Origin: Bugula neritina
Taxonomy: Eukaryota > Animalia > Bryozoa
Reading direction: 5' to 3'
Length of the DNA stretch: 64,000 bases
Assembly (NCBI GenBank): GCA_964035545.1
Contig: OZ037771.1
Coordinates: 1,251,628 to 1,315,627, forward strand
Under the pieces are notes generated by a model, which did no database searches, was not told the DNA's origin, and worked only from the letters and a program-made list of their open reading frames with translations. Position 1 is the stretch's first letter, and the number at the start of each line of letters is the position of its first letter. Positions 13,433 to 24,900 of the stretch are shown here, one piece after another. The translations under genes and the position numbers were made by a program.

Positions 13433-14224
13433 GTAATAGCATATTAACTACAGTAGTATTCTAATGGGCCCTACACTAAGAATTAAGATTTGCATCTCTA
13501 TCTGTTATACTAAAGTATGGGTATGTTTACTATAGTAAGAGGTATTTTTAGTGGCATCTATAATTTCTTATATAAGTCACTGCATCATGCTTTAGATATT
13601 TGTTAAATAAAGTTCCATACCTATGTTGACATGAGTCTTTAATGTTTATGATATTCTATTATAGTTTAGGAACTCTCTTCTTGGATGTAATAAACAAACA
13701 GCAATATGACAGAAACAACTCAACTTTCAAGGAAAGCATACATATAACACAGAGCCAACTGGAGCATATTACTTAGCTATGCCAACTAGTATATTTCAGC
13801 TGAGAAACTTTATTAAGCTTGGTTTTAAGCAGAAATGTTCCTATCAATTATATTCTTGCTAAATGTCAAACTAATTGTTTTGTAATTATATATGTTGGTA
13901 ACAGTGTTTCAATTTTATTCTGTGCTGTTTTATTATTATCATTATTCGGTAATGATGCTTCAACATGTTATGCTTCAATCAGTGCTGTTGATCTTATTTC
14001 CAACTTGGCTTCAAGATTTTACTGTTTATTATATTGTTTCAATATAAATTTCTTAATTCAGCACCATGTAAATTTTTCTAAAGAAACAAAATAAATTTCA
14101 TTGAAGATTGAAATAGCTTCTAGTTTACATTGAGTAGATCTATTATAGTTGATGTGTTGAGTAGATAACTTCAATATTTGCAGAAGCAACTAGAAATGTG
14201 ACATGACTTGTAGAACTGAACAGT

Positions 14225-14783
14225 TGGGCTCTATTTAATTACCCTAAAAATAGGAGTAGCCATGTTTAATTACCCTAAAAGTGGGCGTGGCTTGATTTAA
14301 TTGCCCTGCAAGTAGGGGTAGCCATATTTAATTACCCTGGAAGTGGGAGGAGCCATATTTAATTACCCTAAAAGTGGGCGTGGCTTTATTTAATTACCCT
14401 GGAAGTAGGAGTAGCCATATTTAATTACCCTGAAAGTGGGAGGAGCCATATTTAATTACCCTGCAATTAGGGGCAGCCATATTTAATTACCCTGAAAGTG
14501 GGCGTGTCTTGATTTAATTACCCTGGAAGTGGGAGGAGCCATATTTAATTACCCTGCAATTAGGGGTAGCCATATTTAATTACCCTAAAAGTGGGCGTGG
14601 CTTTATTTAGTTACCATGGAAGTAGGAGTAGCCATATTTAATTACCCTGCAATTAGGGGTAGCCATATTTAATTACCCTAAAAGTGGGTGTGGCTTTATT
14701 TAGTTACCATGGAAGTAGGAGGAGCCATATTTAATTACCCTGAAAGTGGGAGGAACCATATGTAATTACCTTGAAAGTAGATG
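14225..14783. repeat. ~31-nt minisatellite (ATATTTAATTACCCTGAAAGTGGGAGGAGCC)n
   Basis: About 18 units with a near-constant TTTAATTACCCT core and a variable G-rich half. Confidence 0.95.
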
Positions 14784-15244
14784 GAACTTAGTCTAAACTT
14801 GGGTGAAACTAATCACCAACTGCACATTTAGCTCAACTTTATTAGAATAATTGATGCAAAAAAATTCACTCTAGCAATAACTTACACCATGCCTACAATC
14901 TTGTTTGTTTAAATACACTTGTTATAATGAATTTTTATATGCAACATAATATTTCAACTCAGTTTCTACATAAATCATCAATAAACACAATTACTATAAA
15001 ACTTTGTAAGAAAGTTAAGCTATTTTCTATGACAAACATCATCAATATTTATATAAACATCTATAACATATACAATTACAAAATAATTCAAAGAAACAGA
15101 TAACATTTGTAAAAACTAAAGACATTGAAATAATCAAATAAATTTGTGTCTTCTGTAATTAAAAGCCCTTTCAACTCTGGAATCTGAAGGACAAGATTTC
15201 ACATCAGGTTTTGTTTAATTTGCCTTTAGAGTCTCTAATCCTAT

Positions 15245-16713
15245 CTATATGTTTGGTCTACATCCACATTCCACAAATTGATGTCTTGTACTGTTGGCAC
15301 ATTTAAATGTAGGATGGAAATAGGAACCTTGTGAGATAGTTAGAGACGAATCAGACACCATTTTCTCACTGGGAAATCACAGGCCATTTAGAATCTTCAA
15401 CATGATATGCATGGGCTGGAGCTGATGAATTGACACTCTTTTCTTTGGCATGGCTCGTTTATCATCTGTTGAAGTTTCTAGCATGTCAAGAGTAGGTAGT
15501 ATTGCTTCAGCAGGCCTTCTAGCAGTTGCTACAGTTCCAGGGGGTCTTACTGTGCTCAATGGCTACTAGACGAAAGCATTTTCTTCGGCCATCATTTGCT
15601 CACTTGGCTGGCACACTTTAATCTATAAAAGTTGATATAGATTCTGAACATCAAATTTGCAAGACAAATTCATTAATTTACCTCATTACCTAAAAATGAA
15701 TCCAGTAGTTTATAATATATACTCTATACCCCTCTTTAATAAATATACTCTATACTCTCACATTGGCAAAAAAATAATAACTAGGATTAGGACCCTGACA
15801 TACCAGAATAGTGTTTATTATATAATACACACTAGATACTTATATACAATATCGTATTATGACCCAATATACAGATTATATTCATTTAATACAATATAAT
15901 TGAAATAGGAAATGAGAAATATGAAACTTACTTTGAAAGGTATAGCCGTGAAAAAGCACCACAAAGTTTACAATTTCGGTGACTTTACATTTCTATCATA
16001 CCACTCCTATTACACCTTTGCTATCAAAAACAGCACCTCTACAAAATAATCACATTCTAAAGTAGAATAATTACACACTAACTAATAACTATAAACAAAA
16101 TAGGCCTATGATAATATAAACTGTACAACAAAACAGAGAACATAAACTGTATAATATAATAGAGAATCCGATCGCATGCAAGACAGTCCTTGTCATTATC
16201 TTATACTCTATAGTGAGCCAATAGTATAGCTACTATATTCCACTTATTACAAGAAATTATTGAGTTTATAATACGTCATTTTTATTGAGCTGCAACTTAA
16301 CGTTGTATTACTAAGGTCAGCATGCTGCACTAATATTACAAAACACCACCTGTATTTAACTATAAGCTTGATTTTACTATTAATAGCAATATCATTATCA
16401 ACAACGTCCTCATTTACAATCCAAAAATTAAAAGGGCTCCAAACTCTTGCAAAATTTACAAACCCATGCTAGTAAATCTACTCCCAGCTAGGCAACACTC
16501 CCTGTAGTTTATTTATGTTACGACATCATAATTTGGAGGTAGAAGAAATAAAACTTATTCTATAGAAAAGTAAATTACCATAACAACTCATTCTCTGAGT
16601 GTGGTGAGGACAACCATTAGCTAGCTAGTTTAACTCCCTGTCCTGCATACATAGTGTGTGGGGTACATCCAGTGTGAGCTATATCTAGTGAGACAAAGAG
16701 CAGGCAACTTCTG
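15245..16713 (-). pseudogene. Possible decayed gene or spliced non-coding transcript
   Basis: Exon-like, less AT-rich blocks with canonical minus-strand splice sites at 16713-16579, 16038-15932 and 15622 onward; the last block reads ~125 codons with three internal stops. No homology recognised. Confidence 0.3.
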
Positions 16714-17398
16714 CTAAAAGAAGAGAAGAATATTAATAATGATTTTATGACATAGCTATGAATATTAACCCTTTGAACTTTTAATGATAAAATCATAAAG
16801 GATCAAGATTGTTAGTAGCCTATTTGTTACTTGCCAAAGGAAATGCTGATGCTGATTATAAATTGCTATTTCATAAAATATTTCACAAAACTTCATTCGC
16901 AAAGGATTTGTAGATAAAATATATTTTGGTTTCTCAAAACATCTGAGCTTGTAACATATAAATCGCCGAGTTTAGGCGCTGGTAAAATTACAGTAAAAAA
17001 TTGAGACTATTGCGGCAAAAACAAAGAAGGAAAAACAGCTTTGAAGACAAAGTCTAGAAATCATACATGTGACAAAAGTAAGAGTTTTTAAGCACCCACC
17101 CATGTCATAGGCCTATACATACAATAACCTATAAAAATATACTTAATTTAATAAAAACAGTTAGATAATCTAAAAGAATTAATCTAAAACTTTTAAAATT
17201 AGTTTATCTATTGTATGAGCTATCATTTGTTAATTGTAAAGCAATGGATATAATGGTTACAGAAGTCTATACCTTAGAAAGTAGAACAAGGTAAATAATG
17301 AGCTAATGCTACACTTTATTATTTACATTATTAAGATTGGGATAAAGTCAAGTTGAGTTGTTAAACAATGTGTGCAAATTTAGCAACTTCAAAAAGCA

Positions 17399-18310
17399 TG
17401 AGTTTTATAAAAAAACTCAAATAATAACAGTAATAAGAATTATTATAATAACATGGTTACTATGGTCAACAACCTTCAGTTCAGTAATACTAGTAATGCC
17501 AATACTAAAATTATTATAGTTGTATATTATAGAACAGGTAGCAGTTTTGTCAGTTTAAATTTAACACAAACTTGATCTGATAATGATCATGATGTGATAT
17601 GACTGTCACTATCTGAAAATATAACTATTTATACTATAAGTATGAAGGTAGTCCAAACTATTCTAAGTCCATAAAGCATAACAATAAAAAATAAAAGTTT
17701 GAGTAGTAGTCCTACCAGATTTTACTTTAGTTCATACTGAATTAGTAGTAGTACCACTACTAATACAAATAGTGGTTAACGTTAATCATAAATTAAACAT
17801 TTAGAGGCAGAAGTGGGGAAATTGAGATAGCCTAAGCTTTTTTATTTTATTATTAAGCTTTGGTTTGGAACGCCTTCATTCTCAAGTCTAATTTCTAGTT
17901 TGAGTTTTATAAAAAGAAACTCAAATAATAACAACAATAATAATTATTATTATAAAAATATGGTTACTATAGTCAACAGCCTTCAGCTCTAGTAATACTA
18001 GTAACACCAATACTAAAATTATTATAGTTATCTATTATAGTACAGGTAGTAGTTCTGTCAGTTTAAATTTAACACAAACTTGATTTGATGATATCATGAT
18101 GTGATATGACTGTCACTCTCTGAAACTATAATTATTTATATTATAATTATAAAGGTAGTCCAAACTATTTTAAGTCCATAAACCATAACAATAAAAAAGT
18201 TAAATTTAAACTTGTAGTAGTACTCCCTAATTTTACTTTAATTTATAATGAATAAGTAGTAGTACCACTACTAATACTAATAGTGGTTAATGCTAATTAT
18301 AAACTAAAAT
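17399..18310. repeat. Direct duplication of ~400 bp (17399-17797 and 17901-18310)
   Basis: Shared strings in the same order, e.g. ATGGTTACTAT, CAGTTTAAATTTAACACAAACTTGAT, ATCATGATGTGATATGACTGTCACT, AGTAGTAGTACCACTACTAATAC. Confidence 0.9.
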
Positions 18311-18558
18311 CAAATTTGAATTTTGCCAATAGAAATACAACTAAATCATAAAGTTAAATGATGAAACTCACAGTCACTGAATCAGAACCACTAGGGCTAA
18401 TGAAAAACTAAATACTGATACACTTACATCATAGTCATTTAAAGTGACACTCGTAGCCAATAGGCCTATCATAGTAAAATTAAATGTAATAGACATTGTG
18501 ATTGCAATACTAATACTAATAGCTAAAAGTAAATACTAATAGTCATAGGAGAGTATTA

Positions 18559-19400
18559 TAGGTGGGTTACACTGGTCATTTCTTATACAAATTGGTCGTT
18601 TCGTACACAAAATGAATAAAAAATCAATCCACTGGATAGCCACTTTAATGATACTAGTTTACTTATTTAATTTTATTGCATACCATCAGGCATCAAGTAT
18701 CTTTTACATTTTCCTTGCCTCCTATTGATCAATGTTTTATACAAATCACTGTCTAATTTTTTGGCTTTATTTTAATCAATGTTTAATATTAATATATTGT
18801 CTATTAATTACTAATAAGTAATATTATAAAATATGCAAGTTACTTGTGAGCAGTACTGTACCAGTATGAATCATATATTAGATAAGAAATAAATTTCAAC
18901 AAATATGAAATATGTATTTTAATTTTTATTGATATTGTGGTAGATTTATGTTGTGTGTGTGTGTGTCCTTGGTTGCCGAGATCGGCGCTTCAGTCCTCCG
19001 AAACACCGATATGCCGATTTTCGGCATATCAGACTACCGAAGTGCCGAGATGTCAATTTGGCATTTCGGATTCCCGAAATGCCGATATTCGGCATTTCGG
19101 GCCTCCGATCTCGGCAACAAAGGAATGTCTTTGTCCTGCGTGTATATAAAAGCCAGTGTAGATTCAGTCTACTACTGGAGCTCGCTGGGTACGGAATATT
19201 ATACCATTCGACTACAATAAAGCTACCTTATCTTTCACATTATTTCTCGCCTTGTTCTTCGTAACAAGTATGTAAGGCACTAGTTGCATTCATAACCCAC
19301 AAAACTATCACAATATGAATGAAATGATTTATCAGATGTGTACGAACTGACCTGAAAAAGTGGGTAGGAAACTTGTGTATGAACTAATCTGCATCCTATA
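18559..19400. mobile_element. Probable non-autonomous DNA element (MITE-like) hosting the solo LTR
   Basis: Ends TATAGG...CCTATA; subterminal GGTCGTTTCGTACACA (left) is inverted relative to TGTGTACGAACTGACC (right). TIRs imperfect. Confidence 0.4.
18936..19312 (+). mobile_element. Solo LTR, 377 bp
   Basis: Starts TGTGGTAG, ends CTATCACA (TG..CA, 7/8 inverted match); ATAT on both sides (18932-18935, 19313-19316); internal TATATAAAAG (~19143) followed by AATAAA (~19216). Confidence 0.78.
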
Positions 19401-19419
19401 GGTGATAATCAATAGCTCT

Positions 19420-19840
19420 ACTCATACATTATCATTATGATCATCATTATGATTCATAGTCACAGTATCATAGTGATAGTCATACTCATGGTCACACTCA
19501 CAGTCAGTGTCGCTATGACAGTGTGAGTTACTGTCAGTGTCATACTGATAGTGATACTCACACTGACACTCGCGTCTCACAGTCACAGGCACACTCACAG
19601 TGAATGTGACAGTGACACTGATGGTAAGTCTAATGATATTCGTATCGGTATCGACAATCACAATGACTACATCTACTAACAGTAACAGAGCTGTGATAAT
19701 GATAGTCATAGTGATAATCACTACCATACCCTTCGAATCAACTTCAAATACAACCTGTTAGTGTTACACTTACTGTTAGTGTTAGTGTTAGGCGTTACGC
19801 CGGTTACCCTCACCTCAACCTGACAGTGACACTCACCAGT
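19420..19840. repeat. Dispersed repeat with degenerate 6-nt periodicity; related copy at 63140-63640
   Basis: AGTCAC/AGTGAT/ATCACT-type hexamers; TTAGTGTTACACTTAC (~19758) is the reverse complement of GTAAGTGTAACACTAA (~63570). Confidence 0.55.
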
Positions 19841-19984
19841 TTGAGTTTTAATAATTGGTTTCAGAGCAAATCAAAACCTACCTTGTAACTTTTGTTGAAA
19901 AACTTTAGATCCCATTAAAAAGTGGTTGTCGAGTGTGCTCAATAACCATAAGTAATAACATTAGTGATCAACATTGCGATTGAA

Positions 19985-20170
19985 TGAGCTGCCGTGTTCC
20001 ACGCGGTCAGTCCGTCTGATTATGAATGACATCTAACAACCTCGAGTCGTCCAGAACAGGTCACGTGTTTGATGCATCATGGGAAAAGTTGCTGCAAGCC
20101 AGAATGACGTCAACGTGCCCTTTAACCCTTTGACTATAACGTCTTCATGCAGCAGCTTTCGATCGAGAAG
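19985..20170. promoter_or_regulatory. Candidate (bidirectional) promoter with E-box GTCACGTG and CRE TGACGTCA
   Basis: Local CpG enrichment; GTCACGTG 20060-20067; TGACGTCA 20105-20112; minus-strand donor AAG|GTAGGT at 19881; plus-strand donor GG|GTAAGT near 21209 upstream of copy C. Confidence 0.4.
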
Positions 20171-20704
20171 TTAAAATAAGAAAAGTAGAAAATATAAAAA
20201 CTCAATTGCTAGAAAATAAAACGTGAATTTAAAACTCGAATAGTATCGGAAACGAAGAATTTCTGTGGCTCACATGTGTATTATTTTCTAGTTGATGTAT
20301 TTAGTCATGAATGCTTTATTTGTATAAATTTCAAGTTAAATAAAAACTATTTACAATAAACGAGTGTCCATGTAATAAGTCAATTTCTTTGTCAAAACCT
20401 CAACAATGACTTAATTTATGCTTGTACAGATACTATGTTTCTGTAAATTATCTTTTAAAATTGTCAGTTAATTCAATAGTCCTCATATTCTTTCTAGTTC
20501 TGTCTTGCCTTATTAATGAGATTGAAACTTAAACCTAAAACAAGAAGACAAATACAGAATAACTTTTGATTGTGCAAGAGCTGTTTTTCTTTGGCACCCC
20601 ATTTTATGAGATTTAAATAGAAGCATTTTAGGAACTAAATTAATTAGTAATCAGTAGGCTACACCCAGTTGAGGTGAATAGAAATTGTATGCAGCATTGA
20701 TATA

Positions 20705-20937
<233 letters not shown>

Positions 20938-21988
20938 ACAGGGAAGCACACGTATATAACCTATAGGGCGTAGACTGAGGAGCAATCATGCAGAACGACT
21001 AAGATCACATTTACACAATGTTTACAGGGTTCGAATTATTCAAGCTTAAGTTTATATGCCGAAATGTAAGTTAAGGATGAGAGGCTGAATTGAAAACAAC
21101 TCTAGCGTGACCAAAGAGCTGCGAGATCAAAAGGTGTTTCAAAGTCTACTAACTTTCCTATTATTCATTCATGATTAAATACTTTCTGTGATAAAGGCAT
21201 CGATCAGGGTAAGTTAACATCAAACAAGCAACATGCACTCTCATACATACATTCTGTTTATAAAATATGTACGTAGATAGATCTTCTATAATATTTATAT
21301 ACTATTCACACACATCAACAGTGCTGTAGTAACCAGACCCATGCAGGCCGTTGAGATAAAATATTTTAATTGATAGACATATTCTTTTTGTGGGTTAGAA
21401 GGTTCAGCTTTCTGTGTTACTCTGAGTACATATTATATTCATCAATTTGCATATATTTAAATTTGATTTACTTATAATGCAATGCAGTATAGGAAATTTT
21501 CACCAAATACAACTGATCTAATATGATCATCATTGTCATAACATGTTGAAGTTTTCTTCTTTCATTAAAAATTCTAATGTCTAAAAATTGAAGATAGGTA
21601 AACGAAAATTGAAACCTAAATGCATTAAACTTGATTATTTCCTTTAATAATTTTGACCAAATAGTATGCAGAAATTATAAAGGATTGCCATTCTGTATAT
21701 CTAACAGCATTTTGTATGTTAATACGCAGCATTACATAGAAAATTAGGAACCTGAGCAAAACACCAAAATCTAAGTTTTAAAGAAAAGTTATTTGATAAT
21801 GTTGAAATGTTATTTATGTTTTGTAGTTTATTTTGTTTTGCACTTGTATTTTTAGAAGAAACTCAATCCAATCACTGATTATAGCTTTCTACAAAGTGAT
21901 GAAGCAACTCCAAGTTGAAAGGATTTGAATCGATAGTTACAGATAATCATTTTAGAGAATCAGATTGTAAAAATTGTTTCAGCAAAAC

Positions 21989-24900
21989 ATGATTAATATG
22001 ACTGAGTTGAATCCAGGAAGTGAGAGCGTAACAGGTGATCACACAAACTGTGAAACAGATTTATCTACGAGAAGAGAAAGTGTTGACCAAAGGCTAATAA
22101 CTAAAGAAGAGACTGAAAAGAAGTCGTTTACAAATGACCAAACACGGATATTGTGTGTTGCTCTTATGGCGTACACTCTTTCTTTTGCCGGAGTCACTCT
22201 GCCAGCTCCATTTCTACCCGTCTTAGTAGGTGCTTAGGCTAAGGAGACAATCAATTGAGTAGATATTGTATCTGTGTTTTGTAGCCATGTTGAAATTAGT
22301 ATTATTTAGATTTTGCACCAAGTACGTCATGTGTTTTTATTTTAGCAAGAAATTCTTATGCCTCTTCTGTTAAAGAATAGCTTTGTATTTATGCACTCAT
22401 TGTGATGTAGGGTTTACCAGGGAGTTTTGGCTAGAATAATTATATAATAAATTCAGAGGCTAATATTTTGGAGAAAGATGAGTCGGTTCAAACTTATGCT
22501 ATCAATTGAGCTGTTTAAGGGGAAGGCATGAGGCAGGCGCCATATTAGATCACCTTCTTGGGTTTTCAGGGTTAATCTAAGAAGTTCAAGGAAAGGGGTA
22601 AAAGGGGTAAAAGGGGTAAAAGGGGTAAAAGTAAGAATTACATCCAATGACATAGCTAAAGTCTTTGAGAATGCTGAAGTAAATTGAAGAGAATTTCTGT
22701 TCATTGTCTTCTGCTTGTTAGAATCACCCTGCTATAGTGTTCAAACAGTCTCTCTGAAAATTAGGATGGGCTTAAGACTTTGATTAATTGAAAGCCAAGC
22801 ACTGGTGTTGTTAGGAGCACGTTGTCTTGATGCAACGTTATATATTGTATAGAGCCACTCTAAGATTCTTAGCCTTTGTACGTCTGCACTTTCAATTATT
22901 TGTCACAGGATGAACAGCACAACCTATCATCTGATATAACAGGATGGATACTAGGAATATACTCTCTGGTTCAACTTATCATGTTTTCGGTCTTTGGAAA
23001 ATTGGTAAGTGATGCACTGCCTATAAACAGGCCAACATTATTTTATTGGGGACAATATAAATTTTATACCCATATGACTATGAGCTTTTGTTGGTTTAAC
23101 TTTCTTAGATACCTCGAATTGGTGCTAGACGGACCCTTCTGCTTGGTGAACTCCTTTGTGGAATATTTCTGATAACATTTGGTCTACTAGAATATTTCCC
23201 AGTACCAGATCCTACAGACAACTCTATAGATGTGACTTACTTAGTTCTAGCTATGGTCATACGTATTCTACAAGCTATTGGAGCGACTGCGTTTTTGACA
23301 GCTGCCATGACACTTTTGATGGCTGGATTTCCTAATGATGTGGTAGTCATGCTGGTAAGCACATTTCACCACTGAGTTTGAGAGAACTTTATCAATAACT
23401 TGTCATTATAGATTTTAACTGAGACAGGATAATGTATTTCTATAAACTCAAATTTACATTACTCCCAATTAAGACTGTCAACGAATCACTTAAGTAAATA
23501 TTGTATTATGTAAACATATCTCTAAATACTTTCAGTTAAGTTTTCTGGTAACTCTATTGCAAGTAAATGAAAAAAAATATTATTTGCTAATATTATTTTA
23601 CTATAAAACTAGAAAAATTTGGCTGCTAACCAATTGGTAACCATATCCTGATCTGGAGGTTAGTACAGTTGAAAATGTATCATAATGAGTGACTAGCCTA
23701 GAAGCCATTGCGTTTAAACTGTAAATTTTAGAGTTATGGGGAAGCAGCATGTGGGTTTGGTCTCTCTGTAGAACCAGCTCTTGGGAGTCTTTTATACAAG
23801 GTAATGAAATAAACACCAAGTCTTTACCTCAATCTTTACAGATTAGGTTGGAATTAAAAGTTTTTTAATTTCTATTTCAGCATGGCTCCTTTCTTTAAAA
23901 TCAGTTTACTATATTATCCGTGCTCAACATCACCATTCAATGCAACCTTATAACATTAATAGCTTTCATCATTTATTTAGTTGGTTTGGCTGTATTCGAT
24001 TGTATGCAGCCTTATCTCAACTTCACCTTGCAATTTCCTACCACATTCAGAAAAAACTCGCGAAAATTTATAGTCGCTATATATCCCAGGGATATATTCT
24101 TGTGAAAACCCCTGATAGAAAGGGTTTTTGTTAAATCGGGCTAAGGACTTATTCAAATGAGGCACAGGAGCAATTATGACTGGATGCTCTTCCTAACATC
24201 ACAAATGGTCTTTATCCAGCTCTAACCCCTAGAACACGGCTGCCAAAAAAACTAAATTTGATTAATAGGAATAATATGTTTTAATTGTAATATTATAGTT
24301 TAGACTCTTGGTATAGTTAATCCTCCATGCTTTTCTGCCCTACTTTGTATCGTACCTCCCCATTGATTAGGATTACTATGCAATGTTGCATTCCAGTTAT
24401 CCATTAAAAAGCCATTAATCTTAGCTCTCAGCTAAATACTACCCTAGGTAGTAGCCCATGTCCAAGCATTTGAGTCTTATAATAAACTTTGTGTATACAC
24501 GTCTTGAATTAATTCAGAATGATGGCAGTTTTTTGCTCAGCCCAGCGCTATGAAACTGATATTAATCACTAAATGCTGATTTTAACCCTATATTCCATAA
24601 ATCGAGGTGACTATATAAGCCTTATAGACATTGGGAAGGGGGGGGGGGAACTTGTTTTTCTGTTATTTGGAGTGGTCAATCACTTAGATATAAGCATTGC
24701 AGGTTGTTACTTCAATATACAGTCCACTGATGAGTATGGTTTCTGACACCTTAAACAGCAACATTCTGCTTCCTAGACCCCTATCTCAATAAATTGCTAA
24801 AGTGATACTATGACATATTGCAAAAGTATACTATTTTCTTGCCTTTGTTATACTTTGAATGTTAGTAAATTAATTGTTAGGTTGGTGGATTCGTGACAGT

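Noticed and set aside
14225-14783. CRISPR-like constant repeat with variable spacers
   Set aside because: Variable parts are short, mutually related and recurring; eukaryotic context; no cas genes.
15245-15275. VECGCR resembling a TGF-beta family C-terminus
   Set aside because: The remaining cystine-knot cysteine pattern is absent and the frame has stops.
18937-19264. Three overlapping ORFs
   Set aside because: Result of GC-rich palindromic LTR sequence; no protein features.
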